A stretch of 64,000 nt of DNA from Betaproteobacteria bacterium (GTDB lineage Bacteria > Pseudomonadota > Gammaproteobacteria > Burkholderiales > JACQAP01): positions 5,990-69,989 of the forward strand of contig JBDTRK010000003.1 in assembly GCA_039931685.1 (NCBI GenBank), in the 5' to 3' direction. The notes beneath the pieces are model-generated. The model made no database searches. It was not told the origin of the DNA and saw nothing but the letters and a program-made list of their open reading frames with translations. A program made the translations under genes and the position numbers. Below, piece by piece: positions 1 to 8,988 of the stretch; within the stretch, counting starts at the first letter, position 1; every line of letters starts with the position of its first letter.

Positions 1-459
1 ACGATCGGCGCCGTGGTGGCCTATCTCGGCGCGGCCACTCAGAACGAAGCCATGCTGCTCAAGAACGAAGCGGTGCTGAAAAAAGCCGAGGCCTCGGACC
101 AGTGGAATTTCTACCAGTCGAAAAGCACCAAGGGCCATCTCGCCGAGCTGGCTGCGCGACTCACGAAAGATCCGGCGCAGGTCGAGCACTACAAGACGGA
201 GATCGCGCGCTACGATCTGGAAAAAAAGGAAATCCGCCTCAAGGCGGAGGAACTCGACAAGGAGTCGCAAAAAGTGAATGCGAGCAGCGAGCACGCCCTG
301 CATCCCTTGCACAAGTTCGAGCAGGCACTGACGCTGATTCAGATTGCCATCGCCATGGGTTCGATCACTGCACTGACCCGCAAGCGCTGGCTGTTCGTCA
401 CCGCGCTGTTCGCCGCGGCCGGGGGCATCACGCTGCTCGGCATCGCGCTGGCAATGTGA
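1..459 (+). CDS. DUF4337-like membrane protein (5' end outside window)
   Basis: The frame is open to the window edge. It has the EASDQWNFYQSKSTKGHL motif, a charged coiled stretch and C-terminal TM helices, as I recall for DUF4337 proteins. Confidence 0.6.
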   Translation, partial: TIGAVVAYLGAATQNEAMLLKNEAVLKKAEASDQWNFYQSKSTKGHLAELAARLTKDPAQVEHYKTEIARYDLEKKEIRLKAEELDKESQKVNASSEHALHPLHKFEQALTLIQIAIAMGSITALTRKRWLFVTALFAAAGGITLLGIALAM

Positions 460-469
460 GTATCGCGCC

Positions 470-1066
470 ATGAAGGAATGGCTGTACGACTGGGGCGGAT
501 TGAATGTTGCGTTGTTCCATGCGATCAACGCCAATCATGCGCCCTGGCTCGATGAGTTGATGCTTGCCCTGACCTGGGCCGGTGACCACGATCGTTTCGC
601 ACCCTACCTTGCTGCCCTGGCTTGCGCGGCGTGGTGGCAGTTCTCGCGTGACCCCGCCGGCCCCAAGACCCGTGCATGGGTTCTCGCGCTGGCGACTTTC
701 TCGATCGGCTACGTGCTGGACGGCATCCTGATCATGACCCTCAAAGCCGCCTTCGATTTTCCGCGACCGCCTGCCCTTTTTCCAGCAGGTAGTCTGATTA
801 TCGTCGGCGTCCCGGAGTTTCATCACAGCCTGCCCAGCGGACACGCATCGTTCGCCATGCTGGTGGGCGCAGTGCTCTGGCCGTGCGCGTGCAATGCGGC
901 TACCCGCGTTGCGCTTGCGGCCTTTGTAGTCGGAGTTTGCCTGTCGCGGCCTTATCTGGGCCTGCATTTCCCGGCCGACGTGGTATTTGGCAGCCTGAAG
1001 TCGCTGCTGCTCGTCGTTGCCATCCGCGCCGTGCTGACCATGCGGCTTGCGACGGCGCGTTACTGA
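470..1066 (+). CDS. PAP2-family phosphatase (membrane)
   Basis: 198 aa and multi-TM. It carries PAP2 signature residues (KAAFDFPRP ... PSGHAS ... SRPYLGLHFPADV). Confidence 0.8.
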   Translation: MKEWLYDWGGLNVALFHAINANHAPWLDELMLALTWAGDHDRFAPYLAALACAAWWQFSRDPAGPKTRAWVLALATFSIGYVLDGILIMTLKAAFDFPRPPALFPAGSLIIVGVPEFHHSLPSGHASFAMLVGAVLWPCACNAATRVALAAFVVGVCLSRPYLGLHFPADVVFGSLKSLLLVVAIRAVLTMRLATARY

Positions 1067-1089
1067 CGCGTTCGGGCTATCATGGCAGC

Positions 1090-1575
1090 ATGCTGCCCAC
1101 GGGAACGCTCATGGTTCAGATCGTCGCTGTAACACTGCTGGTTCTCTCCAATGTCGCCGCTGCATGGGCAGCCGAGCAACAGCTCGAAGCCAGCGAATCG
1201 GGCATTACCGCCCAGGCGCGCCGCACCTACTCGCTGGATGCCAAGCCGGTCATCAATCGTCTTGATTTCGATTTTGCGGCCGGCGAATCGAGCGGCTGGC
1301 TGAACGTTGACGGGGATTTTCATGTTAATGGCTGGGTGCAGCATCGCAGCCTGCTGTGCGCCACTTACCGCACGGCTCTGCGATTCGGCATCGGCGCGCC
1401 GGGTTGCCTGAACGTCGAATGGATGTCCGATCCGATTTACGTGACGTCCCAATACCAATGCAACGGTGCACGCGTGCAACACGACGGCGGCGACAGTGCG
1501 CCGGAGATCGGCGCGCAAATCGGCAAGATCACCTGTGCAGAGCGCGTCATCCGCTGCAGCGGGTCATGCAAGTAA
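1090..1575 (+). CDS. hypothetical secreted Cys-rich protein
   Basis: ATG at 1090 gives a signal-peptide-like N-terminus (LMVQIVAVTLLVLSNVAAAWA). The mature part has six Cys. I recognise no family. The start is approximate (alternative 1111). Confidence 0.45.
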   Translation: MLPTGTLMVQIVAVTLLVLSNVAAAWAAEQQLEASESGITAQARRTYSLDAKPVINRLDFDFAAGESSGWLNVDGDFHVNGWVQHRSLLCATYRTALRFGIGAPGCLNVEWMSDPIYVTSQYQCNGARVQHDGGDSAPEIGAQIGKITCAERVIRCSGSCK

Positions 1576-2360
1576 CGCCCGTCGTCCTGCGCAATTACGC
1601 GATTGCCATTGCGCTGTGGGCCGCCCTGCAGCCGCGCCTCGCCGGCGCGGAATTGACGCTCAACGGCGGCGTAGATTACCTGCGATGGACCGAGAGCAGC
1701 GCTCCCGAAGTCCGCGAGTCCGGGCCGCTTTATACGCTGGGCATTGCTTACACGCAGGACCGGGATGCCGGCGTATTGTTCGCTTATCGCGGAAAAATGT
1801 GGGGCGGCCAGGTCAATTATGCAGGTGCCACGCTGTTCGGCGGCACGCCGGTCAGCAGCACCACGAGTTACATCGGCGCCGACAACGAAGTGCAGGCACG
1901 CTGGCGCAAACCCGGCAAAGCCGGCGGCAATCTCGATGGCGTTCTGGGCGCCGGACTCAGCACCTGGCGCAGGCAGCTGTCGAGCGTGCAGAAGGAAGAC
2001 TACGCCGTCGGTTATCTGCGCCTAGGCATAGAGTCCGGCACGGACGCGGCGGGACAGTGGACGGTGTCCATGGGTCTGAAGTACCCGCTATGGACTTATG
2101 AGAACGCGCATTTCGACCAGATCGGCTTCGACTCGAACCCGATCCTGCGTCCCGGAAGAGAGGTTTCGCCGTACGGCAGCCTCGGCTATCGCTTTACGCC
2201 GACGCTGCAGATGGTGGGCTACTACGACGGCTTGCGTTTCGGCCGGTCTGCCGCGGTCCAGACCAATGAAATCGCCAACGGGCTGGGCCCGACGACCCTG
2301 GTGCAGCCCGCGACCTCCATGTCCGTATTCGGTCTCAGGTTCGAGTACCGCCTGCGCTGA
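1566..2360 (+). CDS. putative outer-membrane beta-barrel protein
   Basis: Signal peptide (AIALWAALQPRLAGA), alternating Gly/aromatic-rich beta-strand pattern, and a C-terminal VFGLRFEYRLR. It overlaps the previous ORF by 10 nt. Confidence 0.5.
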   Translation: MQVTPVVLRNYAIAIALWAALQPRLAGAELTLNGGVDYLRWTESSAPEVRESGPLYTLGIAYTQDRDAGVLFAYRGKMWGGQVNYAGATLFGGTPVSSTTSYIGADNEVQARWRKPGKAGGNLDGVLGAGLSTWRRQLSSVQKEDYAVGYLRLGIESGTDAAGQWTVSMGLKYPLWTYENAHFDQIGFDSNPILRPGREVSPYGSLGYRFTPTLQMVGYYDGLRFGRSAAVQTNEIANGLGPTTLVQPATSMSVFGLRFEYRLR

Positions 2361-2395
2361 ACCGGCCACGTTCCGCCCCGCCAACACCTGCCCGC

Positions 2396-3388
2396 ATGAC
2401 AACGCTCGACCACCGCCTGTGCACGGCGCCGATGATGGACTGGTCGGACCGGCATTGCCGTTATTTCTTCCGGCAGCTTTCCACGCGCGCTGTGGTGTAC
2501 ACGGAAATGGTGACATGCGGCGCGCTGCTCCACGGCGACATCGGCCGGCATCTGCGCTTCGATCCGGCCGAGCATCCGGTGGCCTTGCAGCTTGGCGGCT
2601 CGGACCCGGCACAGCTCGCGCACTGCGCCCGTCTCGGCGAGCAGTATGGCTATAACGAAATCAACTTGAATTGCGGCTGCCCGTCCGAGCGCGTCCAGCA
2701 TGGCGCGTTTGGCGCGTGCCTGATGGCGGAACCGCTGCTGGTGGCCGATTGCGTAAGCGCGATGCGCGCTGCGGTTTCGATCCCGGTAACGGTCAAGCAC
2801 CGCCTTGGCATCGACTCGATCGAGGCCTACGACTTCGTGCAGCACTTCGTCGCGGTGGTCGCCGCCGCAGGCTGCGAGACCTTCTTCGTGCATGCCCGCA
2901 ACGCCATCCTCAAAGGACTTTCGCCGAAGGACAATCGCGAGGTGCCGCCGCTGAAGTACGACTACGTTTACCGGCTGAAGAACGATTTCCCCGGCTTGCG
3001 CATCGTCGTCAATGGCGGTGTGGATACACTGGAAGCCATCGAGTCGCAGCTGGCGCGGGTGGATGGCATCATGCTCGGCCGCGCCGCCTATCACGATCCT
3101 TACCTGCTCGCGCAGGCCGATGCACGGCTGTTCGACGCGACGCTGCGGTCGCGCCGAGCCATCGTCCATGACATGTTCGATTATGCGAGCGCCCAGGTGG
3201 CCGGCGGCACGCCGCTGCGCGCGATCGCGCGCCACATGCTGGGGCTTTATCACGGCCAGGCCAATGCAAGGACCTGGCGGCGCATGCTGTCCGACGCCAG
3301 CCTGCTCGCAGCCAACCGACCTGGCCTGCTGCTCGATGCCACGCAGGCAGCCGAACAAGGTGCGACCATTCTCGCCGCGGTGGCCTAG
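2396..3388 (+). CDS. dusA: tRNA-dihydrouridine synthase A
   Basis: 330 aa. The N-terminus CTAPMMDWSDRHCRYFFRQLS and the motif NLNCGCPSERV are typical of DusA. Confidence 0.9.
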   Translation: MTTLDHRLCTAPMMDWSDRHCRYFFRQLSTRAVVYTEMVTCGALLHGDIGRHLRFDPAEHPVALQLGGSDPAQLAHCARLGEQYGYNEINLNCGCPSERVQHGAFGACLMAEPLLVADCVSAMRAAVSIPVTVKHRLGIDSIEAYDFVQHFVAVVAAAGCETFFVHARNAILKGLSPKDNREVPPLKYDYVYRLKNDFPGLRIVVNGGVDTLEAIESQLARVDGIMLGRAAYHDPYLLAQADARLFDATLRSRRAIVHDMFDYASAQVAGGTPLRAIARHMLGLYHGQANARTWRRMLSDASLLAANRPGLLLDATQAAEQGATILAAVA

Positions 3389-3427
3389 GGGGCATCGGGG
3401 CCCGCATCGATGCAAAAGGAGACCGCA

Positions 3428-4414
3428 ATGGAATACGTGAATCTGGGCAGCACCGGACTGAAAGTCTCGCGCATCTGCCTGGGCTGCATGAGTTACGGTT
3501 CGCCGAAATGGCGCGACTGGGTGCTCGACTACGACGCATCAAAACCCTTTTTCAGGCGCGCGCTGGATCTGGGCATCAATTTCTTCGATACCGCCGACAT
3601 GTACTCCGACGGCGAAAGCGAGGTAGTCACCGGGCGGGCGCTGAAGGAGCTGGGCGTGGCGCGCGAGCAGGTGGTCGTAGCGACCAAGGTTCACAACCCC
3701 ATGGGCAAGGATCCCAACCAGCGCGGCCTGTCGCGAAAGCACATCATGCACGCGATCGACAACAGTCTGCGCCGCCTGGGTCTCGATTACGTGGACCTCT
3801 ACCAGATACATCGCTTCGATCGCCACACCCCGATCGAGGAAACGCTGGAGGCATTGACCGACGTGGTGAAAGCCGGGAAGGCGTTATACATCGGGGCCTC
3901 GTCGATGTACGCCTACCAGTTCGCAAACATGCTGCACGCCGCGGACAGGTACGGTTACTCGCGCTTCGTCACCATGCAAAACCACTACAACCTGGTCTAC
4001 CGGGAGGAAGAGCGTGAAATGAATCCGCTATGCCGCGAGGAAGGCATCGGGCTGATTCCCTGGAGCCCCCTGGCGCGCGGCTTCCTGGCCGGCAATCGCA
4101 GCAAGGAAAGTTGGGGCGCGACCACGCGCGCCAAGAGCGACGACTTCGCGCACAACATGTATTACCAGGATTCGGATTTCGAAGTTGTCGGTCGGGTCAC
4201 GCAAATCGCGGCGGCGCGCGGCGTGCCGAATGCCCAGGTGGCGATCGCCTGGTTGTTGCAGCAGCCCGGGGTGACGGCGCCGATCGTGGGTGCGACGAAA
4301 ATGCAGCACCTCGAAGATGCGGTCGCTGCGCTTTCGGTCAAGCTTACCGCGGAAGAACTGAAAACACTCGCCGAACCCTATAAACCGCATCCGGTGCTCG
4401 GCAACCTGAGCTAG
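3428..4414 (+). CDS. aldo/keto reductase
   Basis: MEYVNLGSTGLKVSRICLGCMSYG ... FFDTADMYSDGESE is the AKR signature. AAGGAG lies upstream of the ATG at 3428. Confidence 0.9.
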   Translation: MEYVNLGSTGLKVSRICLGCMSYGSPKWRDWVLDYDASKPFFRRALDLGINFFDTADMYSDGESEVVTGRALKELGVAREQVVVATKVHNPMGKDPNQRGLSRKHIMHAIDNSLRRLGLDYVDLYQIHRFDRHTPIEETLEALTDVVKAGKALYIGASSMYAYQFANMLHAADRYGYSRFVTMQNHYNLVYREEEREMNPLCREEGIGLIPWSPLARGFLAGNRSKESWGATTRAKSDDFAHNMYYQDSDFEVVGRVTQIAAARGVPNAQVAIAWLLQQPGVTAPIVGATKMQHLEDAVAALSVKLTAEELKTLAEPYKPHPVLGNLS

Positions 4415-4506
4415 GCACAGAGTCCGCCCGCCGAACCGACCGGCGCGCAACGCAATAACGGCGCAACCGGTCCGCCTAGCGTTGCGCCATGGCCTGCGGG
4501 ATTTTC

Positions 4507-5169
4507 TCAGGCTTCGGGGTCGCCTTGCGCGACCTTGCCAAACCAGTCCTCGATGCTGATCAGCCCACCCTCCCTGGCAGCCCGGCCCTGGTCCTTGGTG
4601 GGCAGATCTTCCTGGAGCAGGTCGATGCGCTTCCAGCCCGCCAGGGGTGTCGGTGAATCCCGTCGCGGCACGTACCGGGACGGCGTGACCTTCTCCATGC
4701 GATGGACATAGCGCGGACAGTTCGGCCAGACCTCGGTAATCGCCACACGCACCAGCATCAGTGCTTCCTTGAAGGACGGCATAAGCGGATCCCGCTCGCT
4801 CAGCGTGGCTTCGCCCTGGAGGCGCAGGCGCTGGGGGCGATCGAAGCTCATGAACAGCAATCCCACCTTGCGACTGCCGGCGATGTTGCCGGCGGAGTAG
4901 AACATGCCGTTGCCGTCGTAGAGCGGGAACACCAGCGTCTTGTTGTCGACCACCTTGACGAAGCCCGGATCACCACCCTTGTAGGAAACCGTCGGGCGGC
5001 CCTGTTCGTCGATCGTGGACAGCCAGAACATGTCCCGGCTTTCGATGAAGGAAATGTCCATGTCGCCGAGTTGCGGCTGGATGGCCAACGCCTCGAGCTT
5101 GTCTGCAATGCGGCGGGCGTCGAATCGATCCTGCAGGGCGCGCTGCTGCGCGCCATATAATCTGCTCAT
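4507..5169 (-). CDS. pyridoxamine 5'-phosphate oxidase-family FMN-binding protein
   Basis: 220 aa. The FWLSTIDEQGRPTVSYKGGDPGFV ... LFPLYDGNGMFYSAGN pattern fits PNPOx-like split-barrel proteins. Confidence 0.7.
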   Translation of the reverse strand: MSRLYGAQQRALQDRFDARRIADKLEALAIQPQLGDMDISFIESRDMFWLSTIDEQGRPTVSYKGGDPGFVKVVDNKTLVFPLYDGNGMFYSAGNIAGSRKVGLLFMSFDRPQRLRLQGEATLSERDPLMPSFKEALMLVRVAITEVWPNCPRYVHRMEKVTPSRYVPRRDSPTPLAGWKRIDLLQEDLPTKDQGRAAREGGLISIEDWFGKVAQGDPEA

Positions 5170-5292
5170 GCTCTCCTCCGGACATTATTGTTGTTGGTTC
5201 GACCGGCAAGGTGTTGCGTGCCCGGCCGTTGTCCCGTCCGGCGTTCTGTTATCGTAGCCGCCGGGCAGGAGTACGATCCACGGCGCGGACGG

Positions 5293-6138
5293 ATGAGACA
5301 TAGCGGAAGTTTACCAATGCAGGAAGGTCACGGCTTGTACGAACCTGCTGCGCCCGACGCGCTGCTCTGTGTCGGTGGCGGCAAGACGCTTTATGTAGGC
5401 TCACTGGAACAGGTGGGCTGGCATCTGCATGGCACCCCGGTGTTCATCGCGGGACTCGCCGGAGATTTTCGCTTGCGCCTGCCAGGCGGCGACTGGACGA
5501 CCTGCCGTTGCGCCGTCATCCCGGCCGGTGTCAGGCACGCACTGGATCTGGGCGGCGAGCCGCTCGCAGCATTCTATCCCGAACCGAATATCGCAGGCTT
5601 GTCAGCATTGACCCGGCTCGGCGCAAACTGGCATGAACGCGAGAAGATCCTGCTGGCGCAGCATGCCGAACTGCGCTCCTTCCGCGAACTCCACGAAAAT
5701 TCCGCCAGCGTGCACTGGAGCGGTGAAGCGCTCGATGACCTGCTTGGCTTCGCACTGCGCCGCGATGGCGGCAATCCGCTCGATCCACGGATCGCACAGG
5801 TGGTCGCATGGCTGGACGAACGTCCCGACGACCTGACTGGCGCCTGGCGGATTGCCCGCACGCAGGGCTTATCCTCCTCGCGCTTTCTGCACTTGTTCAC
5901 CGAGCAAATCGGCGTGCCCTTCCGCCGTTACCGGATCTGGAACAGGATACGCGCCGCCACGAAAGTGGCGCTGTCGGGAAACAATTTCACGGACGCAGCG
6001 ATGACGGCGGGATTTGCCGATTCCGCACATTTCACAAACAGTTTCCGGGATACCTTCGGCGTGACGCCGTCTTACGTCTTCCGCAAGATCGGCCGCTCCG
6101 GCACGATGCCCGGACTCCGGACCGCCACGCGGACATGA
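5293..6138 (+). CDS. AraC-family transcriptional regulator
   Basis: C-terminal AraC HTH (SSSRFLHLFTEQIGVPFRRYRIWNRI ... GFADSAHFTNSFRDTFGVTPS). The start is uncertain (5293 or 5317). Confidence 0.8.
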   Translation: MRHSGSLPMQEGHGLYEPAAPDALLCVGGGKTLYVGSLEQVGWHLHGTPVFIAGLAGDFRLRLPGGDWTTCRCAVIPAGVRHALDLGGEPLAAFYPEPNIAGLSALTRLGANWHEREKILLAQHAELRSFRELHENSASVHWSGEALDDLLGFALRRDGGNPLDPRIAQVVAWLDERPDDLTGAWRIARTQGLSSSRFLHLFTEQIGVPFRRYRIWNRIRAATKVALSGNNFTDAAMTAGFADSAHFTNSFRDTFGVTPSYVFRKIGRSGTMPGLRTATRT

Positions 6139-7829
6139 GCGCCATCCGCTTCGACACTTACTATCGTTACGATGAACTGGTTCGTTTCCTGACGGACTGG
6201 GCAGGGACGCACCCGGGCCTGGTCCGGCTCGAGCCGGTGGGAAAAAGTTACGAAGGCCGCGAACTCTACGTCGTGCGCGTGACCAACTACAAGACCGGCC
6301 TCGACACCGACAAGCCGGCATTCTGGGTGGACGGCAACATCCACGCCACCGAACTGGCCGGCTCGATGGCTTGTCTGCACCTGCTGCATCGCCTTATTAC
6401 CGGTTACGGCAAGGACGCGGACATCACTCGCTGCCTCGATACCCGCGCGTTTTACGTCTGCCCGCGCGTCAATCCGGACGGCGCCGAATGGGCGTTGGCG
6501 GACGCGCCAAAGCTGATCCGCTCGAGTACGCGACCGTATCCATACGACGAGGAACCGGTCGGCGGCTTGAAGCGCGAGGACATCGACGGCGACGGCCGCA
6601 TCCTGTCGATGCGCGTGCCCGATACCAACGGCCCGTGGAAACTTTGCGAACAAGACGCGCGCATCCTGGTGCGCCGCGACCCGGTCGAAAGCGGCGGACA
6701 CTATTACCGCTTGTTGCCCGAAGGCCGCCTGAAAGACTTCGATGGCATCAACGTCAGATTGCAGGCACGCAAGGAACGCCTCGACTTGAACCGTAATTTC
6801 CCCGCGTTCTGGCGCGCCGAAAACGAGCAGATGGGTGCCGGTCCGTTTCCAACCTCCGAGCCCGAGATCGCGGCGGTCACCGGCTTCATCGCTCGGCATC
6901 CGAACATCACCGGCGCCGTGGCGTTTCACACCTACAGCGGCGTGCTGCTGCGCCCGTATTCGCATTTGGCCGACGAGCAGATGCCGCCGGAAGACCTGTG
7001 GACATTCCAGAAAATCGGCGCCAAAGGCACGGACATCACCGGCTACCCGGTCGCTTCCGCGTATCATGAATTCCGCTATCACCCCAAGGAGGTCATCACC
7101 GGTGACTTCGATTCGTGGATGTACGACCATCGCGGCGTATTCGCGTGGACGGTAGAGATCTGGAGCCCGCAGCGTCAGGCCGGCATCACGGATTACAAAT
7201 ACATCGACTGGTATCGCGAGCACCCCGTCGAGGACGACCTCAAGCTGATGCAATGGAACGACACCGAGCTCAAGGGCAAGGGCTTCGTTGACTGGTACGA
7301 GTTCGAGCACCCCCAGCTGGGACGCGTGGAACTGGGTGGCTGGCAAAGCCTTTACACCTGGAGCAATCCGCCGCCGCACCTGCTGGAAAAGGAAATAGCC
7401 CCTTTCTCCCGCTGGCTGACCTGGCATGCGCTGATTTCGCCGAAACTGGAAATTTTGGAGGCGACGGCGGCCGCCCTTGGCGAAAATACATGGCGCGTGC
7501 GGCTCGCGCTGCAAAACAGCGGCTGGCTGCCCAGCTACGTGACCAAAATGGCAAAGAACAAGAAGCTCGTGCGCGGCGTGGTCTGCGAGATCGAATTGCC
7601 GGCAGGCGCCGCGCTCGAAACCGGAAGGCCGCGCGAGGAACGCGGCCAGCTCGAAGGCCGCGTCTACAAGCCGGCCGCCGCCAATACCTGGGCTGGCTCG
7701 AGCGCCGACGAAACCGACGATCGCCTGACGGTCGAATGGGTGGTGCGCGCGCCAAAGGGCACGGCGATCAAGCTCATCGCGCGCCACGAGCGCGCCGGCG
7801 TCGCAACCGCCGGCGTCACATTGAACTGA
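6135..7829 (+). CDS. M14-family zinc carboxypeptidase
   Basis: YRYDELVRFL..., then GNIHATELAG (HxxE zinc motif) and RVNPDG. The ATGA start/stop overlaps the AraC gene. Confidence 0.85.
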   Translation: MSAIRFDTYYRYDELVRFLTDWAGTHPGLVRLEPVGKSYEGRELYVVRVTNYKTGLDTDKPAFWVDGNIHATELAGSMACLHLLHRLITGYGKDADITRCLDTRAFYVCPRVNPDGAEWALADAPKLIRSSTRPYPYDEEPVGGLKREDIDGDGRILSMRVPDTNGPWKLCEQDARILVRRDPVESGGHYYRLLPEGRLKDFDGINVRLQARKERLDLNRNFPAFWRAENEQMGAGPFPTSEPEIAAVTGFIARHPNITGAVAFHTYSGVLLRPYSHLADEQMPPEDLWTFQKIGAKGTDITGYPVASAYHEFRYHPKEVITGDFDSWMYDHRGVFAWTVEIWSPQRQAGITDYKYIDWYREHPVEDDLKLMQWNDTELKGKGFVDWYEFEHPQLGRVELGGWQSLYTWSNPPPHLLEKEIAPFSRWLTWHALISPKLEILEATAAALGENTWRVRLALQNSGWLPSYVTKMAKNKKLVRGVVCEIELPAGAALETGRPREERGQLEGRVYKPAAANTWAGSSADETDDRLTVEWVVRAPKGTAIKLIARHERAGVATAGVTLN

Positions 7830-7838
7830 GGCCGCCGC

Positions 7839-8324
7839 GTGACGACGTCCCGGAGCATCGCCAATACCATCGGCTTCGCGTTCGTCGTCGCGGGACTTCC
7901 CCCGCTCGCAATCGCCTTCGGCTGGTTGATCGTCCCCGCGGAGGATTTCCCCATCGCGCTGTGGACAATGGGTTGCGGCGGTGCCGCTCTCGAATTCGCC
8001 GGACTCGCGCTGCTGACACCGGAATCGCTTTCCCGGGCGCGCGGACTGCTCGCCGCGCTGTCAATCACGGCGCTGGCGACATTATTCGACTGGATTGCAT
8101 TCGGCCACCTCCAGGGCGGTTGGCGCTTCATGCTCGACACGCTGATGAACTCGCTGGCGCTGAAGCAAAATGCCGCACACAACGTGGTGGTGCTGTTCGC
8201 GGTGCTGCTGACCCTGCTGGCATTGTTCGGCTGGACGCAATGGTTGCGCAATATCACTGAAAAGAATGGAACTCCACTGAAAAGCCCGGGTCGTAAAGGG
8301 AAGGCCAAAGAAACCGTCGAATGA
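7839..8324 (+). CDS. hypothetical integral membrane protein
   Basis: 161 aa with about four hydrophobic helices. GTG start 10 nt after the M14 stop. No family recognised. Confidence 0.5.
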   Translation: MTTSRSIANTIGFAFVVAGLPPLAIAFGWLIVPAEDFPIALWTMGCGGAALEFAGLALLTPESLSRARGLLAALSITALATLFDWIAFGHLQGGWRFMLDTLMNSLALKQNAAHNVVVLFAVLLTLLALFGWTQWLRNITEKNGTPLKSPGRKGKAKETVE

Positions 8325-8350
8325 ACATGGCATCAAAGGAGAAGCAGTCG

Positions 8351-8680
8351 ATGAAATCGAGAGCAGCACTAGTGCGTAGCATTGCGGCCGGCGCGATCGT
8401 AGCGATGTCAGCACTCGCAATGACCGCAGTCCACGCCGCGGATACGGACAAGAAATACACCAAGGAAGAATTCAAATCCGACGTGAAAGCAGCTGGCAAA
8501 GGCCTCAAGGATGCTGCCGTGGATGTCGGCCATCAGGTCGGCGCCGGCACCAAGAAGGCGTACAAAGCCGACAAGACCAAAGTCAAAAAGGATGTGAAGG
8601 ACGGCAAGCCCGGTGATGGCAGCCTGGCGAAGAAGAACGAGGGCACGCCGGCAGTAACCGAAGGCAGAAAGCCGAACTAG
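8351..8680 (+). CDS. small secreted Lys-rich protein
   Basis: AAGGAG lies 9 nt upstream of the ATG at 8351. Signal peptide MKSRAALVRSIAAGAIVAMSALAMTAVHA, followed by a Lys/Asp/Gly-rich mature part. An alternative start at 8321 overlaps the previous stop. Confidence 0.5.
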   Translation: MKSRAALVRSIAAGAIVAMSALAMTAVHAADTDKKYTKEEFKSDVKAAGKGLKDAAVDVGHQVGAGTKKAYKADKTKVKKDVKDGKPGDGSLAKKNEGTPAVTEGRKPN

Positions 8681-8720
8681 CCTCCGGTTTCAGCAAGCTT
8701 CGCCGGAATACGTATCATGG

Positions 8721-8753
8721 CCGGCATCCCGATGGGGTGCCGGTTTTTATTTT
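8721..8753 (+). terminator. rho-independent terminator
   Basis: Hairpin ccggcatccc-gat-ggggtgccgg followed by tttttatttt. Confidence 0.6.
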
Positions 8754-8778
8754 GGTAAAGCTACCCTCAAACATATTA

Positions 8779-8974
8779 TTCACCGCAAAGGACGCCAAGG
8801 ACGCGAAGGAAAAAACAAGGGCGAGAAAAGAAGAGCCGCGATGAAACGCAGCCTAACTGTTCATGGACCTGTATCGCCAACTTTCATTGCGATGGATTAT
8901 CGGTCAATGTAACGGCACCAATACGAGAATATTTTTTCGTCTTGGTCTTCCTTGGCGTCCCTGGCGGTGAGCGC
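8779..8974. repeat. MITE-like palindromic element, copy A (inverted orientation)
   Basis: Arms ttcaccgcaaaggacgccaaggacgcgaagg and ccttggcgtccctggcggtgagcg enclose about 120 nt. The internal core at 8874-8915 is the reverse complement of the core in copies B and C. Confidence 0.7.
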
Positions 8975-8988
8975 CTTTTGAGACTCAG

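Noticed and set aside
2361-3388. dusA (and tRNA-Pro at 46637-46713) as integration hot spots flanking a genomic island.
   Set aside because: No integrase, att-like direct repeat of the gene ends, or phage/ICE genes lie next to either locus in this window.
6072-7787. Very long antisense ORFs opposite recognised genes. Examples: 6072-7787(-), 2222-3415(-), 37446-38765(+), 39672-40985(+), 45315-46730(+), 51630-52910(+), 62090-63745(+).
   Set aside because: Each mirrors a gene with a clear family signature. Their products are Arg/Ala/Gly/Pro-rich with no recognisable motifs. This is the usual stop-codon-poor antisense frame of GC-rich DNA.
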